The notes beneath the pieces are model-generated. The model saw nothing but the letters and a program-made list of their open reading frames with translations. It was not told where the DNA came from and made no database searches. From an uncultured Acidimicrobiales bacterium (GTDB lineage Bacteria; Actinomycetota; Acidimicrobiia; Acidimicrobiales; SHLQ01): DNA of 64,000 nt. Location of the stretch: contig CALKGG010000028.1 of assembly GCA_938084885.1 (NCBI GenBank), positions 7,199-71,198 of the forward strand, in the 5' to 3' direction. The position numbers were made by a program, and so were the translations under genes. Positions 28,375 through 37,609 of this stretch are shown in pieces; positions within the stretch are counted from its first letter, which is position 1; each line of letters starts with the position of its first letter.

Positions 28375-30135
28375 TTAGCTAACGGGTTGGTTTGGTGGGG
28401 AGAACGCGATCAGCACGGCGTTGCTTTCGACCTGATCGCCCGGTGTTACGTTGACGCTCTCGATCGTGGCGTTACCCGCTGCGGTTATTGGGTGGAGCAT
28501 CTTCATAGCCTCGATAGTCATCAGTACCTGTCCAGCGGAGACCTCGTCTCCTTCCGCAACCAAAACCTCGGTGATCAGTCCGGGAAACGGTGCGGTGACT
28601 TCGGTCCCTGCGTCGGCGGCGTGTCCTGTGCCGTGCCAGCGCTCGTCTCGACTCGGGCTGTCAAAGGCAGCGGCGGACGTGTGTGGGGTTAGCCGTTGCC
28701 CCGTTGCCGTCGACCACGGCGAGTGCGGTTCATTCAGGTACGGCGATGACCTTGGTGTTGGGGTTTCGTCGAGGAACCGGGTCGTGACCGTGCCAGCTCG
28801 AACTTCGGTTCTGCTCGCCAGCCATCGGAGGAAATCAACGTTCGTGATCACACCGTCGACGGATAGATCACCGAGTGCCGAAGCGAGCTGATCGAGCGCA
28901 GCGATTCGGTCAGATGCCGTGACGATGAGCTTGCCGATCATCGAGTCATAGTGTGGCGAGATGTTCGACCCGCTCACGATGGCTGCGTCCCAGCGGATGT
29001 GGTCGGCTTCGGGCACGGCAAGCTCGGTAACGGTACCGGTTTGGGGGAGGTGCCCGGCCCAGGCATCTTCGGCGGTGATCCGGGCCTCGATCGCGTGGGT
29101 CGGGTTTGCGGCGAGCGCATCGTCGAAGCAGGTTGCGGGCAGAGTAATCTTCTGCCCGCTCGCAATGGCGAGCTGAACAGCGATGAGGTCGATGCCGGTG
29201 ACTTGTTCGGTCACGGTGTGTTCGACCTGAATGCGCGTGTTCATTTCTAGGAAGAAGAAGTCGTTGGACGCCGCGTCGACGATGAACTCGATCGTGCCGA
29301 CCGAGTCGTAGCCAATCGCTTTCGATAGTGAAACCGCAGCGGCGCGCATGGCGACCGCAACGTGGTTGGGAAGGTTCGGCGCCGGTGCCTCCTCGATGAC
29401 TTTCTGATACCGGCGTTGAACCGAGCACTCGCGTGTTCCGAGATCGATGACGTTTCCGTGCGTGTCGCCAGCGACCTGCACCTCGATGTGACGGGGCCGG
29501 GTGATGTAGCGCTCGACGATCACATCGTCGTTGCCGAACGACCTGAGCGCTTCACTTCGGGCGTCGGTCAGGGCCTGGTCGAAGTCGTCGGGAGCGTGCG
29601 CGATTCGAATGCCTTTGCCCCCGCCTCCGGCCGATGCTTTGACCAAAATCGGATATCCAATGCTCTCGGCAGCTGCCTTGAGGTCGGCTGGGTCTTGGCT
29701 TTCGTTAAAGCCCGGGATCACCGGCACACCGGCGGCGACGGCGACGTTGCGGGCCTCGATCTTTGCGCCCATCGATGTGACCGAGGCAGGCGATGGACCA
29801 ACCCACGTCAAACCTGCGTTGATTACTGCCGTCGCGAACTCGGTTCGCTCCGACAAAAAGCCATAGCCGGGGTGCACGTGCGTGGCCTCGGACCGGTTCG
29901 CTGCATCGAGGATCGCGTCGATCGACAAGTAGCTTTCGTCGAGGGCGGCTGGGCCAATCCGTTCACTGCGGGTCGCTTCGGTCACATGGGGTGCATGCTC
30001 GTCGGGATCGGCATATACCGCCACGCTGTCGACGCCCCACGCTCTGCAGGTGCGGATCACGCGGCGCGCGATCTCGCCACGGTTGGCGACGAGCACGACC
30101 ATGTTGGTGTCTGGGCAGGGGATTGGTTCAGCCAC
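28375..30135 (-). CDS. Acyl-CoA carboxylase alpha subunit (biotin carboxylase + BCCP)
   Basis: ANRGEIA, HPGYGFLSE, KASAGGGGKG, EMNTRIQVEH and biotin motif EAMKM. Confidence 0.93.
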   Translation of the reverse strand: MAEPIPCPDTNMVVLVANRGEIARRVIRTCRAWGVDSVAVYADPDEHAPHVTEATRSERIGPAALDESYLSIDAILDAANRSEATHVHPGYGFLSERTEFATAVINAGLTWVGPSPASVTSMGAKIEARNVAVAAGVPVIPGFNESQDPADLKAAAESIGYPILVKASAGGGGKGIRIAHAPDDFDQALTDARSEALRSFGNDDVIVERYITRPRHIEVQVAGDTHGNVIDLGTRECSVQRRYQKVIEEAPAPNLPNHVAVAMRAAAVSLSKAIGYDSVGTIEFIVDAASNDFFFLEMNTRIQVEHTVTEQVTGIDLIAVQLAIASGQKITLPATCFDDALAANPTHAIEARITAEDAWAGHLPQTGTVTELAVPEADHIRWDAAIVSGSNISPHYDSMIGKLIVTASDRIAALDQLASALGDLSVDGVITNVDFLRWLASRTEVRAGTVTTRFLDETPTPRSSPYLNEPHSPWSTATGQRLTPHTSAAAFDSPSRDERWHGTGHAADAGTEVTAPFPGLITEVLVAEGDEVSAGQVLMTIEAMKMLHPITAAGNATIESVNVTPGDQVESNAVLIAFSPPNQPVS

Positions 30136-30141
30136 GTCAGG

Positions 30142-31764
30142 TCACATCCGGTAGACGATGCGGTCGCCGGTGACGGGAGCATCTTGTCGGGCGGCGAGCG
30201 CGAGGCACATGCCGAGGGCGTCGCGGGTGTCGAGAGGGCTGATCAGCCCGTCGTCCCACAGTCTGGAGGTGGCGTAGTACGGGTTCGATTGTTCCTCGTA
30301 TTGGCTTCGAATCGTCGAGCGAATCTCGGCGATCTCTTCGCTCGTTGTTTGGGCGCCCGACATGCCGCCGAGCCGGATGTCGGTGAGCACGGTTTCGGCG
30401 GTGTCGGCGGCCATCGTGGCGATTCGGCTGTTCGGCCAGGCAAAAAGGAACCGTGGGTTGAAGCCGCGGCCACACATGCCGTAGTTGCCAGCACCGTATG
30501 AGCCGCCGATGAGCACCGTGAATTTAGGGACTCGGCAGTTCGCGACGGCGGCGACCATTTTGGCGCCGTTCTTTGCGATGCCACCGATCTCGGAGTCTCT
30601 GCCGACCATGTAGCCCGTCGTGTTCTGCAAGAACAGCAGCGGAATCGAACGTTGGTTGCACAACTCGATGAAGTGGGTGGCCTTTAAGGCGTCTTCAGAA
30701 AAGATGATCCCGTTGTTCGAGATGATGCCGACCTGGTGACCCCAGATGCGGGCGAAGCCAACCGCGATTGAGGTGCCCCACTCGGGTTTGAATTCGGCGA
30801 ACTCGCTCGCATCGACCAGGCGGCTGATGATTTGGCGGGAGTCGAACGGGATGCGGGTGTCGGCGTTGACGATGCCAAGGATGTCTTCGGCTGGGTGTGC
30901 GGGCGCTTTGGGCTCGGTCCAGTCCAACCATCCGTGTCGTTCGTCGATGCGCTTCTGGTTGGTATTCTCGCACAGCTCGCGAAGTAACCCATAGGCTTCG
31001 GCTTCGGTCTGGACCATGTAGTCCGACACCCCGGATTGGCGAGTGTGGAGCGCAGCACCGCCGAGGTCATCGGGTTCGACGACTTCACCAAGTGCGGCCT
31101 TCACAATGGGCGGCCCGCCAAGGAAGATTCGGCCAATGCCTTCGACCATGATCACTTCGTCGGATAGTGCCGGGACGTAGGCGCCGCCGGCGGTGCAGCC
31201 GCCGAGCACGACCGATAGCTGGGGGAGTCCGGCCGCCGACATTCGCGCTTGGCGGTAGAAGGTGCCGCCGAAGTGGTCCTTGTCGGGGAACACCTCGTCT
31301 TGCATGGGCAAGAACGCGCCGCCCGAGTCGACGAGGTAGATGCAGCCGAGCTCGTTCTCGAGCGCAATGTCTTGGGCTCGGACCTGTTTCTTAATACCGG
31401 CGGGGAAGAGGGAACCGCCTTTGACAGTGGCGTCGTTGGCGATAAACATCCACGGCACGCCGTGGATTAGCCCAATACCGGTCACGATGCCAGCGCCGGG
31501 GAATTCGTCATCTGCCTGGCCGAATCCAGCGAGGGTCGAGAGCTCCATGAACGGGGCGCCCTCGTCGGAGACCATGTCGATCCGGTCTCGTGCCATCACC
31601 TTGCCTCGGTCGTGATGACGTGCAATCGAACGGGCGCGTCCTCGCCCGCCGTCGATGGCGAATCGCAGCCGCTCGGTGAGGGTGGCGAGGTCGGCTCGAT
31701 AGGCGGCGGTGTTCTCTTTGAACAGGTCGCTCTGGCGGTCGATCGGGTTTGGGATTGGTCGCAT
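30142..31764 (-). CDS. Acyl-CoA carboxylase beta subunit (methylcrotonyl-CoA carboxylase-like carboxyltransferase)
   Basis: ANDATVKGG, LVDSGGAFLP.QDEVFPD..HFG, GSYGAGNYGMCGR and YATSRLWDDG motifs. Confidence 0.92.
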   Translation of the reverse strand: MRPIPNPIDRQSDLFKENTAAYRADLATLTERLRFAIDGGRGRARSIARHHDRGKVMARDRIDMVSDEGAPFMELSTLAGFGQADDEFPGAGIVTGIGLIHGVPWMFIANDATVKGGSLFPAGIKKQVRAQDIALENELGCIYLVDSGGAFLPMQDEVFPDKDHFGGTFYRQARMSAAGLPQLSVVLGGCTAGGAYVPALSDEVIMVEGIGRIFLGGPPIVKAALGEVVEPDDLGGAALHTRQSGVSDYMVQTEAEAYGLLRELCENTNQKRIDERHGWLDWTEPKAPAHPAEDILGIVNADTRIPFDSRQIISRLVDASEFAEFKPEWGTSIAVGFARIWGHQVGIISNNGIIFSEDALKATHFIELCNQRSIPLLFLQNTTGYMVGRDSEIGGIAKNGAKMVAAVANCRVPKFTVLIGGSYGAGNYGMCGRGFNPRFLFAWPNSRIATMAADTAETVLTDIRLGGMSGAQTTSEEIAEIRSTIRSQYEEQSNPYYATSRLWDDGLISPLDTRDALGMCLALAARQDAPVTGDRIVYRM

Positions 31765-32369
31765 CAGCTATTCGCCAGTCCGTTCCAGAGCGGGCCGACG
31801 ATCGCTGCCGCGAGGTCGCTGGTTGAGCCGTTCGCCGGATCGAACCACTGCACGGTCGAGTTCATTGCGCCAAAGAGCGCGAGTCGGGCAATGCTGACCC
31901 CATCGTCGTCAAGACCGGGCGCAATAGCTGATAAGAGCGCGGTCCAGTTCGCTTCGTAGGCGTCGCGTTTGGGAACCGTAGCTGCTCGTACCTCGGCTGG
32001 AGCAAACGGGAACACGGTCACGTGAGCTGCGGTAAAGGCATGGTGTGAAAACAATGCTTCGAGGTGTGCAGCGACGTGGGCGTGGAGTCGATCTGGCGCC
32101 GATGCATTTGGCGGTAGCTCGGCGGCGGCCGCCGCGAACGCCGTGGTGACTGCTTCCATACCAATCTCGAGGATCTCGGTCAGCAGTGCGTCTTTCGATT
32201 CGAAGTGGTGGTAGATGGAGGCTGGTTGCATGTCGACGGCGTCGGCGATCGTGCGAAGCGAGGTTTCGGCATAGCCGCGGGTTAAGAAGAGCTCGGCTGC
32301 TTCGCGCAGGATTCTGTCTCGTCCAGTTTCGGGGTTCGTCGTCTTGCGAGCCGCTGTTGTCATAGCCAC
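31764..32369 (-). CDS. TetR/AcrR family transcriptional regulator
   Basis: ILREAAELF..GY..TSLRTIA...SIYHHFESKDALL HTH; start GTG 32369 (alternatives 32372, 32363). Confidence 0.92.
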   Translation of the reverse strand: MAMTTAARKTTNPETGRDRILREAAELFLTRGYAETSLRTIADAVDMQPASIYHHFESKDALLTEILEIGMEAVTTAFAAAAAELPPNASAPDRLHAHVAAHLEALFSHHAFTAAHVTVFPFAPAEVRAATVPKRDAYEANWTALLSAIAPGLDDDGVSIARLALFGAMNSTVQWFDPANGSTSDLAAAIVGPLWNGLANS

Positions 32370-32376
32370 CATTCGG

Positions 32377-32405
32377 ACACTACCGAACGATCGTTAGGTT
32401 GGCAA
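32377..32405 (-). promoter_or_regulatory. sigma-A-type promoter (TTGCCA-17-TAGTGT) with palindromic operator ACCGAACGATCGTTAGGT in the spacer
   Basis: -35 at 32405-32400, -10 at 32382-32377; operator 32382-32399 fits CNAACGNNCGTTNG. Confidence 0.75.
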
Positions 32406-32460
32406 GGGTCGACATTGGATGCCCAACCGCGTGCCGCCAGCGAACCTCGCCCCGCTCGTC

Positions 32461-35040
32461 CTAGATAGCGATCCGAATCCACTCAATCGACGAACCCTGA
32501 CCAAAGAATTCCTCCAGCGCGGCCTCTTCTTCTGGTGTTGGATCACGACCCTCTTCTTCGAAGGCAAACAACGCCTCGGGCGCCACGACGAATACCTCGC
32601 GGCGCAGCAGTACTTCGTCATCGCCAACAGCGCCAACGGAGGTAAACGAACCCTCGTCCTCGCTTGGGAACGTATTGAGCAACGTCCACGTTTCGCCGTC
32701 TGGGGAGAACCACAGCTCGTTCACGAACGCAGCTCCGATTCCGGAGCCACCATTTTCTTCGAACGAGCGATCGATCTCGGCAACGATGTCATCGACGAGG
32801 AACACGATAAGGACATCGCCCGTGTCAGGGTCGAGCCAAACAGCGTCCTCGGCCTCGTTGATGCGGAGGACCCCAGGGACCTCTCCAGACTCGAAGGCCT
32901 CCTCGTAGGAGACGTTGTCGTGGATGACGACGCCGTCGGTCGTGCGGAGGGCGCCCAATTCTCCATCGAGCGGTACCTCCATCACGAAGCCGTCTTGTTC
33001 GATCTCGACGACCTCGAAATCAAACGGGATCAACGGCTCGACCGTGCCGGTGATCAGCGTCGCAAATCCCGCTGGCCCGGCGAAGGTCGTTTGTGACACG
33101 GCGAACAGTTCGGTCGGGATCTCGCTGTCAGACCACGAATCGCCGAGGTCGGTGGTCGCGAGCACAACAGGGGCGCCAGTCTCACCGGTGTCGACGTCGA
33201 ACTCGACCTCGATCGCAACCGCACGATCGTTGTTGGCCGCGAGCTCTATAGCGACCGGCGCCTCGTCCTGTGGGCTGAATTCTTCGACGACGGTCCAGGC
33301 AAGGCCATCGCGTGAGCGAAGGACTCGTGAGAATCCCTCGGCGTCGAACACGGTCGCCATGAAGCCCTCGTTTGTGCCGACAATCGTGGCGGGGAAGCCG
33401 TCGACGGGAAGCTCGGCCACCGTAAATTCACCACCGAATTCACCACCGATGCTGCCCACAAGCACGATCGGGGTACCAGCGGGAGGTTCGCCAAATGCCT
33501 CGACGAGTTGATCGTAGAACTCGTCGCCAGGCACGAGGCGAAGGATCTCGACCTCTTCTATGTCGCCCTCATCGGTGTCGCCCTCATCGCCCTCATTGGT
33601 GGCGACGTCGAAGTTGCACGTGCTGATCACGATTGGATCGCCACGACCGCCACTCTCGATACTGCAGATCGAATCAATGGTTTCTTCGGGTATGACGCCC
33701 GCGGTAACGAGAGCTTCGAATGGATCGGTGAAGCCCTGCTCGACGCTCATCAGGAGCGCCAGCTTGTCGCCCGACACCGCAACAGAATTGACAAAGGTGA
33801 AGCCTCCATCTGCTGACGGGATGTTGGGGAGCTCGGCGGTTGACCAGTCGATGCCGTCAGCCGACGTCGCGACAATTTGGACGGGCCCGTCAAACTCGAC
33901 CTCTCGGGCAAAGAAGGCATCGACAATCACGTCGTACAATTCGTCGCCAGGCTCGATGCGAAGTATCTCGACGCCTTCGAAGAATTGGGATTCGAACTCG
34001 TTGAACTCGGTCTCGATCTGCGCCCGTTCTTCGTCTGTCGACGCGTTCTCGAGCGCGTCCTCGAGGTCGGCGAACGCCGCATCGAGCTCTTCGAAATCAC
34101 ATGAGGTGACGATGATTGGCTCGCCCGGAGCGTCAACGCTGACGTCGCAGAGATTGTTGATCTCGGTATCTGTTAGGAGGCCAGAATCGAAGAGGATCTC
34201 GAATGGGTCCGTGATATCTGGGACGAGTTCGATGATTGCAACGAGCCCGTCGGCGGCTGGGACGATGTTGAGCACGAACGCGTCTTGCGGAAGTCCGCTC
34301 GTTGGTGCAACCTCCCACTCGCTGCCGGTGGGTGATGACGCGAACGCAATGCCGTCACGTGTCGTGTCGAGGCGGACGAACTCGCCGTTGAAGAACGCGA
34401 CCTGGCCGGTGCCTGGTGCTGGGAGTGCCGAGTCGGCAATGGCCTCCTCGCTGCCGTTGTTGCCAGCAGTGTCTGTGTCGGGCCCGGGCGTAGTGGTTGC
34501 GGCTTCATCGTCTTCGCTGGCTTCGCCTTCGGCGTTAGATTCGTCATCGTTGGTGTCGGGAGCGGCCTGCGTTGGTGGTGAAGTCGTTGGCGGTGACGTC
34601 GCTGGAGGTGAAGCCGCTGGAGGTGCGGTGGTTGCTGGAGGTGCGACAGGAGTTGTCGCCGCGTCGTTGTTGGCCGCGTCGTTGTTGGCCGCATCGTTGT
34701 TGGATGACGGAGCCGAAGATGTCGTGGTCGTCGACGTTGTTGTTGTTGTTGTTGTTGGCGCAACCGATGTCGTGGTCGTCGACGCTGCTGGCTCTACGGC
34801 GAGAGGTTCCTCGTCGGGTGTGGTCTCGGACTCGGAAGGTTCGGACGCATCGGAAGTGGTGTCCGCGTCCTCTGTCGACGCGGCAGTCTCGGTCTCCTCG
34901 GCGCGTTCGGTAACGCCCGCGACCTCGGCGTCGACACCGTTGGTTGCGCCTTCGGTACCGTCGCCGCCGCTGAGCGCAGCCACGATGCCGATCACTGCCA
35001 GCCCCAACACCATGAGCAGCGCAATGCCCTTACCAGCCAT
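32461..35040 (-). CDS. Large acidic exported protein: N-terminal signal/anchor, Thr/Pro/Ala linker, Asp-box-like motifs and an internal duplication
   Basis: Hydrophobic N-terminus; SPTGSEW/SADGIDW/SRDGLAW/TDLGDSW/SPDGETW motifs; start set at ATG 35040 because 35271 overlaps chorismate mutase. Confidence 0.75.
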   Translation of the reverse strand: MAGKGIALLMVLGLAVIGIVAALSGGDGTEGATNGVDAEVAGVTERAEETETAASTEDADTTSDASEPSESETTPDEEPLAVEPAASTTTTSVAPTTTTTTTSTTTTSSAPSSNNDAANNDAANNDAATTPVAPPATTAPPAASPPATSPPTTSPPTQAAPDTNDDESNAEGEASEDDEAATTTPGPDTDTAGNNGSEEAIADSALPAPGTGQVAFFNGEFVRLDTTRDGIAFASSPTGSEWEVAPTSGLPQDAFVLNIVPAADGLVAIIELVPDITDPFEILFDSGLLTDTEINNLCDVSVDAPGEPIIVTSCDFEELDAAFADLEDALENASTDEERAQIETEFNEFESQFFEGVEILRIEPGDELYDVIVDAFFAREVEFDGPVQIVATSADGIDWSTAELPNIPSADGGFTFVNSVAVSGDKLALLMSVEQGFTDPFEALVTAGVIPEETIDSICSIESGGRGDPIVISTCNFDVATNEGDEGDTDEGDIEEVEILRLVPGDEFYDQLVEAFGEPPAGTPIVLVGSIGGEFGGEFTVAELPVDGFPATIVGTNEGFMATVFDAEGFSRVLRSRDGLAWTVVEEFSPQDEAPVAIELAANNDRAVAIEVEFDVDTGETGAPVVLATTDLGDSWSDSEIPTELFAVSQTTFAGPAGFATLITGTVEPLIPFDFEVVEIEQDGFVMEVPLDGELGALRTTDGVVIHDNVSYEEAFESGEVPGVLRINEAEDAVWLDPDTGDVLIVFLVDDIVAEIDRSFEENGGSGIGAAFVNELWFSPDGETWTLLNTFPSEDEGSFTSVGAVGDDEVLLRREVFVVAPEALFAFEEEGRDPTPEEEAALEEFFGQGSSIEWIRIAI
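34658..34756. repeat. In-frame tandem repeats in the linker: 15-bp (NNDAA)x3 and (GTT)7 poly-Thr
   Basis: GCCGCRTCGTTGTTG x3 at 34658-34702; (GTT)7 at 34736-34756. Confidence 0.85.
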
Positions 35041-35173
35041 GCCATTGTCCACGTTGCACTCCAGTCGCCTAGCCAACGTCCAACCCGGCCGCCGGTGTGG
35101 CAACAGTAACACCGCGCGCTCATGCTGGCGGCCCGGAGGCGGTGAACTCGTCACATTCGACGAAGACTGCCAA

Positions 35174-35455
35174 CTAGCTATCGGCCTGCTTGTGGTGCTG
35201 GATGACTTCGTCGACGATGAAGCGCAGGAATTTCTCGCTGAAGACCGGATCGAGCCCAGCAGTTTGCGCAAGCGCTCGGAGGCGTGCGACTTGGACAGCT
35301 TCGCGATCAGGGTCGGCAGCAGCGAAGCCGACTTTTGCCTTGTGCTGCCCGACGCGTTTGGTGATCTTGAACCGCTCGGCGAGCAGATGGATCAGTGCAG
35401 CGTCGATGTTGTCGATACTGCTGCGACATTCTTCGAGTACCGGGTCGTTATCCAC
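35174..35455 (-). CDS. Monofunctional chorismate mutase (AroQ class)
   Basis: RSSIDNIDAALIHLLAERF...DPDRE motif; GTG 35455 preceded by TACTGT + 7 nt. Confidence 0.9.
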   Translation of the reverse strand: MDNDPVLEECRSSIDNIDAALIHLLAERFKITKRVGQHKAKVGFAAADPDREAVQVARLRALAQTAGLDPVFSEKFLRFIVDEVIQHHKQADS

Positions 35456-35594
35456 GATGAGCACAGTACACCGCAACCACCCCGTCGCCGCAAAGAGGTA
35501 TGGAGGCGGATCGGTGGTCGCGGAGCCAGAAATACAGGGGCTGGCGGACCACAGATTTTCCGGTGGCGGGCCGTGGTGGGGTACGTTGTCCTTG

Positions 35595-36131
35595 ATGGCA
35601 GATTCACATGCTCCCAACGACCACGGTGCAACGCCCGCAAAGATCGTGACCGTCTCTGACGGCGTGGTCTATGGAACTCGTGAGGACCGCAGCGGCGACA
35701 CGCTCGAGGCGCACTTGCGCAACGCGGGATACGACGTGGTCGAACGGGCACTCACCGAGGATGGCACCGAGCCAGTTCGCAACACGCTCCTTGGACTGGC
35801 CGACGGGTTCAACGGCGTGATCGTCACGACCGGGGGCACCGGATTTGGCCCACGCGACCTCACGCCAGAAGGCACACGGGCAGCGATCGACCGCGAGGCG
35901 CCCGGCTTGGCCGAAGCCATGCGACTCGTGAACCCGCTCGGCAGGTTAAGCCGCGGCATCTGCGGCACGATCGGCGAAGCGCTCGTCATCAACACTCCCG
36001 GCTCAACGAAGGGCTGCGTCGAGACCTTCGACGCTATCTCCGACGTCATTCCACACGCAGTTCGCCTCATGGTCGACAACGCCGACCCGCACCCCCACGC
36101 CGAAACGCCATCTGACCCAAACGCCTCGTGA
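35595..36131 (+). CDS. Molybdenum cofactor biosynthesis protein MogA/MoaB
   Basis: TVSD, REDRSG, TTGGTGFGPRDLTPEGT and NTPGS motifs; TACGTT + 7 nt before ATG. Confidence 0.9.
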   Translation: MADSHAPNDHGATPAKIVTVSDGVVYGTREDRSGDTLEAHLRNAGYDVVERALTEDGTEPVRNTLLGLADGFNGVIVTTGGTGFGPRDLTPEGTRAAIDREAPGLAEAMRLVNPLGRLSRGICGTIGEALVINTPGSTKGCVETFDAISDVIPHAVRLMVDNADPHPHAETPSDPNAS

Positions 36132-36135
36132 GCCA

Positions 36136-37209
36136 ATGAGTCGCCCAGAACCCGCCCAACTCGGCCCGAACAACACCGCTGCCTACCAAGAGTCGATGAT
36201 GCGGCGCGCAATGGCGAACGCCCAAACCGCTCGCCTTCGCGCTCGGCCGAATCCCTGGGTGGGAGCAGTGCTTGTCGATACCTACGGCGTGGTCTACGAC
36301 GGTGCCACCCACGCTCCCGGTGGTCCGCACGCCGAACGTGAAGCGCTCGACGCTGCGGGCAACAACGCCCAAGGAGCGACCGTGTTTACCACGCTCGAAC
36401 CGTGCAGCCACACGGGTCGAACTGGGCCGTGTACCGAGGCGCTCATCGACGCTGGCGTGGCCCGAGTGGTCATTGGGGTGACCGACCCGGATGCGAACGT
36501 GTCTGGCCGAGGAATTGAACGCCTGGTCGCTGCGGGCATCGACGTTGTGACCAGCGTGCTGATCAAAGAGGTCGAACAACAGTTGGCGTCATATCTCACC
36601 CAACGCCGCACCGGCCGTCCGCACGTCATTTGCAAGCTGGCCCAAACCCTTGACGGCGCAATCGCTGCCCCCGACGGCACCAGCAAGTGGATCACCGGCG
36701 AGAGTGCCCGACGAGACGTGCATCGCCTACGAGCCGAATCCAGTGCGATCATCGTTGGTACGGGAACGGTCGTGGCAGACGACCCATCGCTCACCGTTCG
36801 CGACTACACACCACCCGAACACGACGACGAACTTGGGCCCCTTGACCCGTGGCGCATCGTGGTCGGCAGCACTGCGTCATCGCTGCACGACCACGCAACG
36901 ACCGCCCCGTTCGAATCGTGGGATGGTCCACTCGACGGGCTGCTCGATGAGCTCGGCGAACGCGGCCTGCTGCAAGTACTCGTCGAAGGTGGGGCGACAC
37001 TTGCCGGCGCGTTCCATTCGTTGGGACTTATCGATGAGTATTGGCTCTATCTTGCCCCGGCGATCATGGGCGGTAGCGATGCAAAGTCGACGTTCGCCGG
37101 TCCCGGAGCGACCACAATGGCCGAGGTCCAGCGCGGCACCTTTGTGAGCGCGACGCCCCTTGGCGACGACCTGCGCATCATCTATCGCCCCAACTCGCCG
37201 AGAAGCTGA
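36136..37209 (+). CDS. ribD: Riboflavin biosynthesis deaminase/reductase
   Basis: PNPWVGAV, HAE, TLEPCSH.GRTGPC, SKWIT and VEGG motifs. Confidence 0.95.
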   Translation: MSRPEPAQLGPNNTAAYQESMMRRAMANAQTARLRARPNPWVGAVLVDTYGVVYDGATHAPGGPHAEREALDAAGNNAQGATVFTTLEPCSHTGRTGPCTEALIDAGVARVVIGVTDPDANVSGRGIERLVAAGIDVVTSVLIKEVEQQLASYLTQRRTGRPHVICKLAQTLDGAIAAPDGTSKWITGESARRDVHRLRAESSAIIVGTGTVVADDPSLTVRDYTPPEHDDELGPLDPWRIVVGSTASSLHDHATTAPFESWDGPLDGLLDELGERGLLQVLVEGGATLAGAFHSLGLIDEYWLYLAPAIMGGSDAKSTFAGPGATTMAEVQRGTFVSATPLGDDLRIIYRPNSPRS

Positions 37210-37225
37210 GCTCGCCGGAGCTGAA

Positions 37226-37606
37226 CTACAGCGGAATAGTGAGCTCGATCGGGACGTGGTTCGGATCCTCGAAGTTCACCAACGTCAACCCCATGTCGGG
37301 GCGAGGGTTCACCTGGTGAGCAACGTTGGCGGACACGAGTGATGCCACTGTGGCGTCGAGGTCGGTCGCCCGAAACGCCACATGGTTGATATTTGATACC
37401 GCCCGGTCTCTTGGGGACTGGCGCAGTGACGAAGGCCCCTCGACGACATTGACGTGCACGACGGCAGTATCGCCGCTGTATAGCCACACGCCCGGCGAGC
37501 CCGAGGGCTTCGGCCGTGGGTCGAGGTCGAGTACGCCCTGATAGAACGCAATGGTGCCGTCGAGGTCGTCGGTGTCGATGTTGACGTGATCCAGCCCGGT
37601 GATCAT
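37226..37606 (-). CDS. VOC/glyoxalase family protein
   Basis: LDHVNI...FY..VL, NHVAF and DPNH.PIEL motifs. Confidence 0.85.
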   Translation of the reverse strand: MITGLDHVNIDTDDLDGTIAFYQGVLDLDPRPKPSGSPGVWLYSGDTAVVHVNVVEGPSSLRQSPRDRAVSNINHVAFRATDLDATVASLVSANVAHQVNPRPDMGLTLVNFEDPNHVPIELTIPL

Positions 37607-37609
37607 GGG

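Noticed and set aside
33560-35659. 699-aa plus-strand ORF
   Set aside because: Ser-rich antisense shadow of the acidic surface protein and chorismate mutase; no domain motifs.
35456-36135. Moco riboswitch before mog, or FMN riboswitch before ribD
   Set aside because: GC-rich stems exist at about 35471-35546 without recognisable consensus; mog appears leaderless; ribD follows mog by 4 bp.
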